Shown here one piece after another: positions 19,136-31,599 of a DNA stretch of 43,276 nt (its first letter is position 1; the number at the start of each line of letters is the position of its first letter). Source of the DNA: Propionicimonas sp. Lineage in GTDB: Bacteria > Actinomycetota > Actinomycetes > Propionibacteriales > Propionibacteriaceae. The stretch spans positions 1-43,276 of the forward strand of contig JBAVKY010000025.1 of assembly GCA_049688555.1 (NCBI GenBank). Reading direction: 5' to 3'. Position numbers and translations under genes: made by a program. The notes under the pieces are model-generated. The model was not told the DNA's origin. It worked only from the letters and a program-made list of their open reading frames with translations, and ran no database searches.

Positions 19136-19581
19136 GAAAGGTCTCCTTCGGCAGGAATCTGGGCGACGGCGTCCTTGAACGCGGACCAGCCCAACAGTGC
19201 GCACTTGACGCGAGCAGGGAACTTGGCGACCCCGGCGAAGGCGATGGCGTCTTCGAGGGTCTCCTCGTCGGGTTCGATTTCGCCGCGGCCGTGCATCAGC
19301 GCGGTGAACTCCTCGTGCAGCCCGAGCGCGTCGGTGATCGACTTGCCGATCACCAGATCGGTCATCACCGACGTCGAGGCCTGCGAGATCGAGCACCCGA
19401 CGCCGGAGTAGGAGACGTCCGCCACGCGGTCCCCGTTCAGCGCGACCCGCAGGGTGACCTCGTCACCGCAGGTCGGGTTGACGTGGCGCACCTCAGCGCC
19501 GAACGGCTCCCGCAGCCCGCTGTGGTGCTTCTCGCGGTAGTGATCCAGGATGATCTCCTGGTACATCGCCTCCACGCTCAT
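19132..19581 (-). CDS. sufU: Fe-S assembly sulfur-transfer protein SufU
   Basis: YQEIILDHY, NPTCGD, GCSISQAS, PARVKCALL. Confidence 0.95.
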   Translation of the reverse strand: MSVEAMYQEIILDHYREKHHSGLREPFGAEVRHVNPTCGDEVTLRVALNGDRVADVSYSGVGCSISQASTSVMTDLVIGKSITDALGLHEEFTALMHGRGEIEPDEETLEDAIAFAGVAKFPARVKCALLGWSAFKDAVAQIPAEGDLS

Positions 19582-20828
19582 GCGCGCCTCCCGAAGAAAT
19601 CCTGGACGTAGGCCAGACCATCGATGAGGGCGTCGATTTCACCCTTCGTCGTGTACAGGTAGCTGGAGGCTCGGGTCGACGCCGTGACGCCCAGCCGCTC
19701 GTGCAACGGACGGGCGCAGTGGTGGCCACCGCGAACCGCGATCCCCCGCGAATCCAGCAGCTGCATCACGTCGTGCGGATGGATTTCCAGACCGTCGGTC
19801 GTCGAGAGCTCGAACGACACGGCCCCACCCCGCTCGACCATCTCGGTGGGCCCCAGCACTCGCACCCGAGGCAACGTGGCCAGCCCGGCCAGGGTGTAGC
19901 CGGTGACCTCTGCCTCGTGGGCGGCAACCCACTCCATCCCGACACCCTTGAGGTAGTCGATGGCGGCCCCCAGCCCGACGGCCTGCGCGATCGGCGGCGT
20001 GCCGGCCTCGAACCGGTACGGCGGTGGCGCGTAGGTCGACGAGGCCATGGTGACGACCTCGATCATCTCCCCGCCGCCGAGGAACGGCGGCAGGCAGGCG
20101 AGCAGGTCGTAACGGCCCCAGAGCACGCCGATGCCGGTGGGCCCCAGCAGCTTGTGTGACGTGAACGCGAGCAGGTCGGCACCGAGTTGGCCCACGTCAG
20201 TCGGCAGCTGCGGCACTCCCTGGGACGCGTCCACGACCACGACCGCGCCCACCGCGTGCGCCTTGGCAGCGATCGCGGCGATCGGATTCACCGTTCCGAG
20301 CACATTGGAGACCCAGGCAAGAGAGACGATCCGGGTGCGCTCGTTGATCAGGTGCTCAGCCTCGGCTTTCGCCAGATCGAGTCGACCCTCGTCGGTGATG
20401 TCGAACCAGCGCAGCACCGCCCCGGTGCGCTGCGCCAACAGCTGCCACGGCACGATGTTGGAGTGGTGCTCGAGCACGCTGATGACGATCTCGTCGCCGG
20501 GCATCAAGCCTGCCCCCACCGTGTGGGCAGCCAGGTTCAGGGCCTCCGACGCGTTCTTGGTGAAGACGACCTCGCCGGGTTGCCCAGCCCCCAGGAACCC
20601 GGCGACCTTGCCCCGAGCCGCCTCGAACGCCTCGGTCGCCTCTGCCCCCAGGACGTGCATGGCCCTGGCGACGTTGGCGTTGTGCTGCAGGTAGTGATCC
20701 GCGATCGCGTCCACCACCGCGCGCGGCTTCTGCGACGTGTTCGCGGAATCGAGGTAGACCAGCGGGTACTCCCCCACCCGTCGCGCCAGGATGGGGAAGT
20801 CGGCCCGGATCGTCTCGACGTCAGGCAT
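19578..20828 (-). CDS. sufS: Cysteine desulfurase SufS
   Basis: IRADFPIL, YLDSANTSQKP, EHHSNIVPWQ, PLP lysine TSHKL, RGGHHCA. Start 20828 or 20858. Confidence 0.95.
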   Translation of the reverse strand: MPDVETIRADFPILARRVGEYPLVYLDSANTSQKPRAVVDAIADHYLQHNANVARAMHVLGAEATEAFEAARGKVAGFLGAGQPGEVVFTKNASEALNLAAHTVGAGLMPGDEIVISVLEHHSNIVPWQLLAQRTGAVLRWFDITDEGRLDLAKAEAEHLINERTRIVSLAWVSNVLGTVNPIAAIAAKAHAVGAVVVVDASQGVPQLPTDVGQLGADLLAFTSHKLLGPTGIGVLWGRYDLLACLPPFLGGGEMIEVVTMASSTYAPPPYRFEAGTPPIAQAVGLGAAIDYLKGVGMEWVAAHEAEVTGYTLAGLATLPRVRVLGPTEMVERGGAVSFELSTTDGLEIHPHDVMQLLDSRGIAVRGGHHCARPLHERLGVTASTRASSYLYTTKGEIDALIDGLAYVQDFFGRRA

Positions 20829-21588
20829 CGACCTTCGCGGCCTTGACGAAGCGGTCATAACCGTCGACCTCCAGCCGGTCGGCCAGCTCAGGGCCGCCCT
20901 CGGCAACGATGTGCCCGTCCACGAAGACGTGCACGAAGGTGGGGGTGATGTAGTTCAGGATCCGGGTGTAGTGCGTGATCAGCAGCAGCCCGTGGTCACC
21001 CGAGGACATGTAGCGGTTGATTCCCTCGGAGACGATCCGCAACGCGTCGATGTCGAGCCCCGAGTCGGTCTCGTCCAACACAGCGAAAGCCGGGTTGAGC
21101 AACTCGAGCTGGACGATTTCGTTGCGCTTCTTCTCTCCGCCGGAGAAACCCTCGTTCAGGGAGCGAGCCGCGAAGCTGTGGTCGAGGCCCAGGCGATCCA
21201 TGGCCGCGTTGACCTCCTTGACCCAAGTTCGCACCTTGGGCGCCTCGCCAGACAGCGCGGTCTTGGCAGTTCGCAGGAAGTTGGCGACCGAGACCCCCGG
21301 CACCTCGATGGGGTACTGCATCGCGAGGAACAGGCCGGCCTTGGCGCGGGCGTCGATGCTCAGCGCACTGAGTTCGACCCCATCGAGATCGACCGAGCCA
21401 GACGTGATCTTGTACTTCGGGTGCCCGGCGATCGAGTAGGCCAGGGTCGACTTGCCAGAACCGTTGGGACCCATGATCGCGTGAACCTCGCCGCTGCGAA
21501 CGGTGAGATTGACACCCTTGAGGATCTCCTTGGGCCCATTCTCGGTCTCGACCTCAACGTGCAGATCGGTGATGGTCAATGTGGACAT
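20821..21588 (-). CDS. sufC: Fe-S assembly ATPase SufC
   Basis: MGPNGSGKST, FLAMQYP, NEGFSGGEKKR, LDETDSGLDID. Confidence 0.97.
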   Translation of the reverse strand: MSTLTITDLHVEVETENGPKEILKGVNLTVRSGEVHAIMGPNGSGKSTLAYSIAGHPKYKITSGSVDLDGVELSALSIDARAKAGLFLAMQYPIEVPGVSVANFLRTAKTALSGEAPKVRTWVKEVNAAMDRLGLDHSFAARSLNEGFSGGEKKRNEIVQLELLNPAFAVLDETDSGLDIDALRIVSEGINRYMSSGDHGLLLITHYTRILNYITPTFVHVFVDGHIVAEGGPELADRLEVDGYDRFVKAAKVDA

Positions 21589-21593
21589 ACGCG

Positions 21594-21929
21594 TTACGGC
21601 TCCTGGGTAGCGATCGGTTGGTCAGGGTCAATCAGGACGTCGTCGCCGTCGATCCGGACGGCGTAGACGGGGACTGGCATCAGTGCGGGCAGTTCCAGCG
21701 GCTCACCGGTGCGGAGGTCGAACCGCGACCCGTGTAGGTAGCACTCCACGGTGCAGCCGTCGACCTCCCCTTCGCTGAGCGGCACCTCGGCGTGGGAGCA
21801 CTCGTCACGGATGGCGAAGAAGCCTTCCACCGTGTTCACGACCGCGATGTCGACGTCTCCGCCAAGGTCGACAGCGAGCGTGCCGCCGACCGGGACATCG
21901 GCGACCGAACAGGCGCGGACGAAGCTCAT
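21594..21929 (-). CDS. Rieske-type ferredoxin
   Basis: CSH...C.LHGSRFDLRTG ligand pattern, inside the suf operon. Confidence 0.92.
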   Translation of the reverse strand: MSFVRACSVADVPVGGTLAVDLGGDVDIAVVNTVEGFFAIRDECSHAEVPLSEGEVDGCTVECYLHGSRFDLRTGEPLELPALMPVPVYAVRIDGDDVLIDPDQPIATQEP

Positions 21930-23137
21930 GCGAACACCTCGGCCGGTTCGGAAGCGGACGGATCGGAGGCGGTCACTGACACTCCGATGGTGGCTTCCAG
22001 TTCGTGTTCAATCGTGGTCATCAGGCCACGCTCGATCTCCGGCACCCCGATCCGGCGGATGATGTCGGCGAAGAAACCGTGCACGACGAGTCGGCGGGCC
22101 TCGTCCTCGGAGATCCCGCGGGAGCGCAGGTAGAACAGTTGCTCGTCATCGAAGCGTCCGGTGGTCGAGGAATGCCCGGCACCCTCGATCTGGCCGGTCT
22201 CGATTTCGAGGTTCGGCACCGAGTCGGCGCGGCAGCCGTCGGTGAGCACGAGGTTCTTGTTTGTCTCGTAAGTGTTGATGTGTTCGGCGATCTTCCGGAT
22301 CAGCACGTCGCCGACCCACACCGAGTGCGCACCCTTGCCCTGCAGGGCCCCACGGTAGTCGACGCGGCTGCGGGTGTGCGGCGCATTGTGATCGACGAAC
22401 AGCCGGTGCTCGACGTGCTGGCCGGCATCGACGAAGTAGAGCCCGAACTGCTCCAGTTCACCGCCCGGGCCGTCGTACTCGGCGGTCTCCACCAGCCGGA
22501 CGAGGTCGCCGCCGAGACTGGCTGATACGGTCCGCACCTTGGCGTCACGACCGATGCGCAACCCCACATGACCAGCGTGGACGGCATCGTCGGCCCAGTC
22601 CTGCAGGCTGACGAAGTTCACCGTGGCCCCGGCGCCGATCAGCACCGAAACGCTCGAGGCGTAGCGCACGCTGCCGGTGTGGTGGACGACGATGGTGGCC
22701 GCGGAATTCGCCCCGACCACGAACACGACCTGCCCATAGACCACGTCGTCGACGCTGCTCCCGTTCAGGTTCACCACCACAGGCTCGGTCAGGGCCAGCC
22801 CGGCTGGCACCTCGACCACGACCGCGCCACTGGCGAGGTTGGCCGCCAGCGCCGAGATCCGGTCGACCGGTGCCGGCACCTCAAGCTCGCGGGCCTGCTC
22901 GTTGGAGATCCTGGTCATCGTGACGCCGTCGGGCAGCACCACGTCCCAGGTCAGCTGGGCTGCGCTCGGGGTCCCGTCCAACAGTCCTCGCAGCCGCCGC
23001 AGCGGGGTGAATCGCCAGACCTCCTCCCGTCCGTTCGGCACGGGATGGTCGGCCAGATCGTAGGACGGCACCGGATGCAGGTGCGACGCAACGGTCTCGA
23101 TCGCCTCTGCCACAGCGGGCACAGCAGTCACAGTCAT
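21926..23137 (-). CDS. sufD: Fe-S assembly protein SufD
   Basis: [37 protein letters not shown]. Confidence 0.95.
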   Translation of the reverse strand: MTVTAVPAVAEAIETVASHLHPVPSYDLADHPVPNGREEVWRFTPLRRLRGLLDGTPSAAQLTWDVVLPDGVTMTRISNEQARELEVPAPVDRISALAANLASGAVVVEVPAGLALTEPVVVNLNGSSVDDVVYGQVVFVVGANSAATIVVHHTGSVRYASSVSVLIGAGATVNFVSLQDWADDAVHAGHVGLRIGRDAKVRTVSASLGGDLVRLVETAEYDGPGGELEQFGLYFVDAGQHVEHRLFVDHNAPHTRSRVDYRGALQGKGAHSVWVGDVLIRKIAEHINTYETNKNLVLTDGCRADSVPNLEIETGQIEGAGHSSTTGRFDDEQLFYLRSRGISEDEARRLVVHGFFADIIRRIGVPEIERGLMTTIEHELEATIGVSVTASDPSASEPAEVFA

Positions 23138-23168
23138 GTTCTCTTTCGTCAGCTCCGTGCCGCAGGCT

Positions 23169-24611
23169 TCAGCCCACGGCCCCTTCCATCTGCAGTTCGA
23201 TCAGCCGGTTGAGCTCGAGGGCGTACTCCATCGGGAGTTCCCGAGCGATCGGCTCGACGAAACCGCGCACGATCATCGCCATCGCCTCGTCCTCGCCCAG
23301 GCCGCGGCTCCTCAGATAGAACAACTGGTCGTCGCTCACCTTCGAGACGGTAGCCTCGTGGGCCATCGAGACGTCGTCCTCGCGGACGTCGACGTAAGGG
23401 TAGGTGTCAGAGCGCGAGATGGTATCGACCAGCAGGGCGTCGCACTTCACCGACGAGGCGGAGTGGTGGGCACCTTCCTGCACCTGGACCAGGCCGCGAT
23501 AGGAGGCCCGGCCGCCACCACGCGCCACCGACTTGGAGATGATCGAGCTCGAGGTGTGAGGCGCGGCGTGCACCATCTTGGAGCCAGCGTCCTGGTGCTG
23601 CCCCTCGCCGGCGAAGGCGATGCTCAGGGTCTCACCCCGGGAGTGCTCGCCGAGCAGGTAGACGGCCGGGTACTTCATGGTCACCTTGGAGCCGATGTTG
23701 CCATCGATCCACTCCATGGTCGCGCCGGCGTCACAGGTGGCGCGCTTGGTGACCAGGTTGTACACGTTGGTCGACCAGTTCTGGATCGTGGTGTAGCGAA
23801 CCCGGGCGTTCTTCTTGACGATGATCTCCACCACCGCGGAGTGCAGCGAATCCGAGGAGTAGATCGGCGCGGTGCAGCCTTCGACGTAATGCACGTAGGA
23901 GCCCTCGTCGGCGATGATGAGCGTCCGCTCGAACTGGCCCATGTTCTCGGTGTTGATCCGGAAGTAGGCCTGCAGCGGGATCGCCACGTGGACGCCCTTG
24001 GGCACGTAGATGAACGAGCCGCCCGACCACACCGCGGTGTTCAGCGAGGCGAACTTGTTGTCGCCCACCGGGATCACGGTGCCGAAGTACTCCTTGAAGA
24101 GTTCGGGGTGCTCCTTCAGGCCGGTGTCGGTGTCGAGGAAGATGACTCCTTGGCGCTCCAGTTCTTCGTTGATCTTGTGGTAGACCACCTCGGACTCGTA
24201 CTGCGCGGCCACGCCGGACACCAGCCGCATCTTCTCGGCCTCGGGGATCCCCAGCCGGTCGTAGGTGCGCTTGATGTCGTCCGGCAGGTCCTCCCAGGTG
24301 TTCGCCTGCTTCTCGGTGGAACGGACGAAGTACTTGATGTTGTCGAAGTCGATCCCGCTCAGGTCCGCACCCCACACCGGCATCGGCTTGCGCTGGTACA
24401 GCCGCAGCGCCTTCAGGCGTGTCGCCAACATCCATTCCGGTTCGTTCTTCAGCCCGGAGATGTTGCGCACCACGTCCTCGGTGAGGCCGCGACGGGCGGT
24501 GGAACCGGCGATGTCGGAGTCGTGCCAGCCGTACTGGTAAGCCCCCAGCGCCTCGAGGTGCTCTTCCTGGGTGGACCCAAGTCCCGGGGCTACAGGTGCT
24601 GTCGAAGTCAT
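23169..24611 (-). CDS. sufB: Fe-S assembly protein SufB (no intein)
   Basis: [49 protein letters not shown] overlap with sufR. Confidence 0.97.
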   Translation of the reverse strand: MTSTAPVAPGLGSTQEEHLEALGAYQYGWHDSDIAGSTARRGLTEDVVRNISGLKNEPEWMLATRLKALRLYQRKPMPVWGADLSGIDFDNIKYFVRSTEKQANTWEDLPDDIKRTYDRLGIPEAEKMRLVSGVAAQYESEVVYHKINEELERQGVIFLDTDTGLKEHPELFKEYFGTVIPVGDNKFASLNTAVWSGGSFIYVPKGVHVAIPLQAYFRINTENMGQFERTLIIADEGSYVHYVEGCTAPIYSSDSLHSAVVEIIVKKNARVRYTTIQNWSTNVYNLVTKRATCDAGATMEWIDGNIGSKVTMKYPAVYLLGEHSRGETLSIAFAGEGQHQDAGSKMVHAAPHTSSSIISKSVARGGGRASYRGLVQVQEGAHHSASSVKCDALLVDTISRSDTYPYVDVREDDVSMAHEATVSKVSDDQLFYLRSRGLGEDEAMAMIVRGFVEPIARELPMEYALELNRLIELQMEGAVG

Positions 24612-25339
24612 CGGACGGCCTTTCGTTCGTCGGTCAGCTGGACTGGTCTGTCCACCGGCCGGGGGATGTGGGTGGTGCACACCCCGTCCCCGTGGGCGAT
24701 GGTGGCCAGCCGTTGCACATGCGAGTCGAGCAACCGCGAGAACTCGCGGGTCTCCGCCTCGCACAACTCAGGGAACTCGGCCGCCACATGCGCGACCGGG
24801 CAGTGGTACTGGCACAGTTGAACGCCGGAGGCGATCGGTTGCAGGGACGCAACGAAACCTTCTGCGGTCAATGCTTCGACCAACGCCTGGACCGGGGCGT
24901 CGTATTCCCCGCGGACGGCAGCGAAGCGGTCACCGATGCCCGCGGCGAAGCGCTCGGCGAAGTCCCGCACGGACTTCTCGCCCGCCACCTCTCGCAGGAA
25001 GCCCAGCGCGTCGATCGCCAGGTCGTCGTAGGCCTGGTAGAACACGCCGCGCCCGGCATCGGTGAGGGCGAAGACCTTGGCCGGACGGCCACGGCCGCGG
25101 TGGCCGTACACCCGTTGCTCGCGCGAGGTGAGATGCCCCGTGCTGAGCAGCACCGTGAGATGCCGACGCACGGCGGCCGGCGTCAGCTCCAGTTGGTGCG
25201 CGAGTTCGTTGGCGGTCGAGGGACCGTGCTGCAGGATGGCGCGCGCGACGCGCGAGCGGGTCGAGGCGTCCGACTCCACCTGGACCGGATCGGCCGCGTC
25301 GAGGTCTCGGTCGAGGTCCTCGCTGGCTGGAGATTTCAC
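24608..25339 (-). CDS. sufR: HTH Fe-S metalloregulator SufR
   Basis: [19 protein letters not shown]-terminal CQYHCPV..CEAE..CTT. First gene of the suf operon. Confidence 0.9.
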   Translation of the reverse strand: MKSPASEDLDRDLDAADPVQVESDASTRSRVARAILQHGPSTANELAHQLELTPAAVRRHLTVLLSTGHLTSREQRVYGHRGRGRPAKVFALTDAGRGVFYQAYDDLAIDALGFLREVAGEKSVRDFAERFAAGIGDRFAAVRGEYDAPVQALVEALTAEGFVASLQPIASGVQLCQYHCPVAHVAAEFPELCEAETREFSRLLDSHVQRLATIAHGDGVCTTHIPRPVDRPVQLTDERKAVR

Positions 25340-25352
25340 AACACTATTATGA
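25333..25352. promoter_or_regulatory. Putative SufR operator and leaderless suf promoter
   Basis: Imperfect palindrome TCACAA-N5-TTATGA (25336-25352) in an AT-rich patch, overlapping the GTG start and minus-strand -10 CATAAT (25346-25351). Confidence 0.55.
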
Positions 25353-25396
25353 CCTATTTTGCGACGGACTCAACCATCCATCCGGAGGATGGCTCG

Positions 25397-25427
25397 TTGT
25401 GACAACTACGACGAGGCGTCGTAGGCT
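25397..25427 (+). promoter_or_regulatory. Putative hppA promoter
   Basis: GTGACA (25399-25404), 17-nt spacer, TAGGCT (25422-25427). Confidence 0.45.
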
Positions 25428-25507
25428 GCTCTTGGCGACTTTGTCACGTCAAAGGTGGTAAGGCTGCCAGCCCTACTGAACCCTCGGTTTTCCCTGAAGG
25501 AATTGTC

Positions 25508-28060
<2,553 letters not shown>

Positions 28061-28080
28061 GCACACGGGCTGCACAGTGC

Positions 28081-28120
28081 TGGTGCCCGGTTCCCTTCGT
28101 GGGAGCCGGGCATCACTGTT
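28081..28120 (+). terminator. Stem-loop terminator after hppA
   Basis: TGGTGCCCGGTTCCC-TTCGT-GGGAGCCGGGCATCA, 15-bp stem with G-U pairs, followed by CTGTT. Confidence 0.75.
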
Positions 28121-28141
28121 GGGCGACCCTAGACTGTGCTG

Positions 28142-28855
28142 GTGCCCGACGTGACTGCCCTCACCCTGACCGGCGTCACGGTACGACTGGGCGGCCGGCT
28201 TGTCTTGGACGGCTTGAGCCTAACCGCCCGTGCCGGGGAGATCACCGCCGTGCTGGGCCCCAACGGCGCTGGCAAGACGACCATGCTCCGCAGTTGCATC
28301 GGGCTGCAGCAGCTGCACGGCGGCTCGATCGACGTGCTCGGGCTGCCGGCGGGAACCCCCGGGGCCAATGACGCCGTCGGCCTGATGCCGCAATCGACGG
28401 GCGCCTGGTCAGGCGTCCGTCCCCGCGAGCTGCTGGTGTACCTCGCCGGCCTCTACCAGGACCCGCTCGATGTCGCGGAACTCGTCGACGAGCTCGGCAT
28501 CGCCCAGTTCGCCGGCACGCCGTACCGCCGGCTCTCCGGCGGCCAGCAGCAGCTGGTGAACTTGGCCGGCGCCCTCATCGGACGGCCGCGGCTGGTCTTT
28601 CTCGACGAGCCCACCGCAGGGCTCGATCCTCACGTACGCCGCCAGGCCTGGCAGCTGATCGCTCACCTGCGTGATGCCGGGGTTGCGGTGCTTCTCACCA
28701 CCCATGCCATGGACGAAGCCGAGCAGCTCGCCGACCGGATCGTGATGCTGGACGGCGGGCGCGCGGTGGCCCAGGGCACGGTGGCCGAGCTGACCACCGA
28801 CGCCACCCTGGAACACCTGTTTCTCACGATGACCCGGCCGGGTGGCGCAGCGTGA
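28142..28855 (+). CDS. ABC exporter ATP-binding subunit
   Basis: GPNGAGKTT, LSGGQ, FLDEPTAGLD, TTH.MDEA. GTG 6 nt after TAGACT. Confidence 0.93.
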   Translation: MPDVTALTLTGVTVRLGGRLVLDGLSLTARAGEITAVLGPNGAGKTTMLRSCIGLQQLHGGSIDVLGLPAGTPGANDAVGLMPQSTGAWSGVRPRELLVYLAGLYQDPLDVAELVDELGIAQFAGTPYRRLSGGQQQLVNLAGALIGRPRLVFLDEPTAGLDPHVRRQAWQLIAHLRDAGVAVLLTTHAMDEAEQLADRIVMLDGGRAVAQGTVAELTTDATLEHLFLTMTRPGGAA

Positions 28856-29613
28856 GCCTGCTCGACCTGACTCCCGCTGGCACGGCCGCGCCGCAGTGGC
28901 GCCGGATCGTCCGGCACGGCTGGATGGAGCTTCGGCTGACCGTCCGCAACGGCGAGCAGCTTTTGCTGGCGTTGGTGATCCCAGTCTCCCTACTGCTGGC
29001 CAATGCGGCTCTGGGTGACCGATTTGGCCCTCGGGACGGCGCTTTCCCGGCTTCCGTGATCGCACTCGGCCTCTGGTCGACCGGCTTCACATCGCTGGCG
29101 ATCATGACGGGTTTCGAGCGTCGTTACGGGGTGCTCGAGCGTCTCGCAGCCACCCCGCTGCGTCGCGGCGACCTCCTGGCCGGCAAGTCACTGTCCATTT
29201 CGCTGGTGGCAGCCGTGCAGGGCGTCATTCTCACGCTGGTCGCGCTGGCGACCGGCTGGGCACCTCACCCCACCCCACTCCAGACGGTGGTCGTCGCGGT
29301 GGCAATCCCGCTCGGGCTGATCTGCTTCGCCAGTCTGGCCCTCGTCCTGGCCGGTCGCGCGTCGGCGGAGCTCACGCTGGCGCTGTCCAACCTGGTCTAC
29401 CTGGTCGGAGCGGCGGGGGGCGTCCTCGTTCCACTGGCGCTGTACCCGGCCTGGCTGCAGCCGGTGCTGGCACTGCTGCCCACCACAGCGCTCGCCGAGA
29501 TCCTGCGGGCGTGGGCTGCCGGACGCACCGACGCCTTCGGGCTGATGATCCTGTTGTGCTGGGCCGTCGGCGGCCTGGTCCTGGCCCGAAGGGTGTTCCG
29601 ATGGACCTCCTGA
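28852..29613 (+). CDS. ABC-2 type permease
   Basis: RNGEQLLL, FERRYGVL.RL.ATPL, about six TM segments. GTGA overlap with the ATPase. Confidence 0.9.
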   Translation: MSLLDLTPAGTAAPQWRRIVRHGWMELRLTVRNGEQLLLALVIPVSLLLANAALGDRFGPRDGAFPASVIALGLWSTGFTSLAIMTGFERRYGVLERLAATPLRRGDLLAGKSLSISLVAAVQGVILTLVALATGWAPHPTPLQTVVVAVAIPLGLICFASLALVLAGRASAELTLALSNLVYLVGAAGGVLVPLALYPAWLQPVLALLPTTALAEILRAWAAGRTDAFGLMILLCWAVGGLVLARRVFRWTS

Positions 29614-30497
29614 GCTCCCCCACCGCGCTGAAACGCTGGACGCTGGCCTCCCTGGTCAGCAACATGCTCCTGATCGTGACCGGCGGCCTGGTGCGCGTCA
29701 CCCAATCCGGTCTCGGCTGCAGCACGTGGCCGGAGTGCGAGCCGGGAGCCTATCTCCCGCATCCCGAAGCCGGCGCCCACGCCTTCATCGAGTTCGGCAA
29801 CCGGCTGCTCACCTTTGTCCTGGTCGCGGTCGCGATCGGCACCCTGGTGGCAGCCTGGCAGGCGCGGGACTCCGGTGGCCGCCCCCGGACGCGGCTACGC
29901 GTGCTGGCCTTGTGCGCCGCGGCCGGCATCCCCGCACAAGCCATCATCGGGGGATTCTCGGTCCTGACGAACCTGAACCCGTGGGTGGTCGGGGCCCACC
30001 TACTGCCGTCGATCGCCTTGATCGTGGTGTCGGTGGCGATGCTTCACGAGGCGCACGGCGTGCGTCCCGATGCCAAGGCCAGCGTTCCCGCACGCCGGGT
30101 GGCGCTCGGGGTTTTCGTCCTTGGCATGGTGGTGATGGTGCTCGGCGCGGTGGTCACCGGGGCCGGTCCGAACTCAGGGGACGGTGGCGCCGCACGCAAC
30201 GGGCTCAACCTCGAGGCGGTCGCTCGCGTCCACGCCCTGTCGGTATGGGCGACGGTGGCCGGCACGGTCCTGCTGCTGGTCCTCACCCGCGGCACCATCA
30301 AGGCTTGGCGCTCCACCGTCATCTTGCTGGTCGTCGAGATCCTGCAGGGAATGATCGGCTACGCCCAATACGTCCTCAGCCTGCCACCGGCACTCGTCGT
30401 CGCTCACATGGCCGGAACGGCCCTGTTCACCGCCATGATCAGCCACGTTCTGCTGGTCACCCGCGCAGCGCACCCGTCCAGCAGTCCCCGCCCGTGA
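29601..30497 (+). CDS. ctaA: Heme A synthase (COX15/CtaA family)
   Basis: GGLVRVTQSGLGCSTWPEC, EFGNR, conserved His in VGAHL, RVHA and VAHM. Adjacent to ctaB. Confidence 0.88.
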   Translation: MDLLSSPTALKRWTLASLVSNMLLIVTGGLVRVTQSGLGCSTWPECEPGAYLPHPEAGAHAFIEFGNRLLTFVLVAVAIGTLVAAWQARDSGGRPRTRLRVLALCAAAGIPAQAIIGGFSVLTNLNPWVVGAHLLPSIALIVVSVAMLHEAHGVRPDAKASVPARRVALGVFVLGMVVMVLGAVVTGAGPNSGDGGAARNGLNLEAVARVHALSVWATVAGTVLLLVLTRGTIKAWRSTVILLVVEILQGMIGYAQYVLSLPPALVVAHMAGTALFTAMISHVLLVTRAAHPSSSPRP

Positions 30498-30519
30498 GCG
30501 ATTTCGCCTAAGACAGGGT

Positions 30520-31461
30520 TCAGAAGATCAGCGGGTCAATCGCGGCGGCGATGAACACCACCGCGAGGTAGCTGTTGGAGAGGTGGAACAGGCGCATCGG
30601 CTTCAGCGCCGCGTCCACCAGCCCGGCGCGTGCCCGCAGCAGCAACGCGACGGCTTCCGCGATCATGGCGAGGCCGGCGACGCCGGCGACGACCGGGTAG
30701 AGCCAGCCGGTGCCGGCCACCGGCCACAGCAGCAGGCTCACCGCCACCGTGAGCACCGTGTAGGCCGCGATCCGCGCTGCGACCGCTACGGGGGGCATGA
30801 CCACCGGCAGCATCGGGACGTGCGCGCTGGCGTAGTCCTCCTTGTAGCGCAGGGCGAGCGCCCAGGTGTGCGGCGGGGTCCAGGCGAAGACGATGGCGAA
30901 CAGCACCAGTGGTGGCCACGCGATCGACCCCGTGACGGCCGTCCACCCGATCAGCGGGGGAAAACAACCGGCGATCCCACCCCAGACGATGTTCTGGGTG
31001 GTGCGGCGCTTCAGTGCCATGGTGTAGACGAACACGTAGTAGAGGTTCGCCAGGAGGGCCAGCCCTGCCGAGAGCCAGTTGGCCCCGAACCCGAGGATCA
31101 GGGTCGAGGCGATCCCCAGGACCACACCGAAGGCGTAGGCGTGCGGTTTGGCCACCTGCTCGCGCACCATCGGACGGCGGCGGGTGCGTCGCATCGTCGC
31201 ATCGATATCGGCGTCGAGCACCGAGTTGAACACGTTGGCGCTGCCCGCAGCCAGAGTGCCACCCACCAGCGTCGCAGTCACGAGGCCAAGCGACGGAAAT
31301 CCGCCCACGGCAAGGAACATCGCGGGCACGGTGGTGACGAGAAGCAACTCGATGATCCTCGGCTTGGCGAGAGCAACGTACGCTGCCACGACCGCACGGA
31401 TGCGGCCACGACTCGCGTCGGCGGTTGGCGCTGCCTGCTCGAGGCTGACCGGAGTGTGCAT
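30520..31461 (-). CDS. ctaB: Protoheme IX farnesyltransferase (heme O synthase)
   Basis: KPRIIELLL, D.DID..M.RT..RP, YTM.LKRRT.QNIVWGG, WTPPH.WAL, DY..A.VPMLP. Confidence 0.96.
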   Translation of the reverse strand: MHTPVSLEQAAPTADASRGRIRAVVAAYVALAKPRIIELLLVTTVPAMFLAVGGFPSLGLVTATLVGGTLAAGSANVFNSVLDADIDATMRRTRRRPMVREQVAKPHAYAFGVVLGIASTLILGFGANWLSAGLALLANLYYVFVYTMALKRRTTQNIVWGGIAGCFPPLIGWTAVTGSIAWPPLVLFAIVFAWTPPHTWALALRYKEDYASAHVPMLPVVMPPVAVAARIAAYTVLTVAVSLLLWPVAGTGWLYPVVAGVAGLAMIAEAVALLLRARAGLVDAALKPMRLFHLSNSYLAVVFIAAAIDPLIF

Positions 31462-31599
31462 GCGTATGGCCGGCGTCCCTTCTCGCTGGTCTGAGCAGTG
31501 TAGACCGGAAACCGCGTCCGGTGCGATGACTGCCGCACCGGCTAAAGTCAGGTGGTGCCCCGTGTTCCGGCGGGCAGACCTGTCACATCCAGGAGGGCG

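Noticed and set aside
23169..24611. Intein in SufB, as in some mycobacteria
   Set aside because: SufB is ~480 aa and continuous, with no splicing or endonuclease insert.
23136..24821. Long antisense ORFs (also 8130-9845, 15532-16854, 26564-28075, 5756-7006)
   Set aside because: Shadow frames of high-GC genes with strong codon bias; no recognisable motifs.
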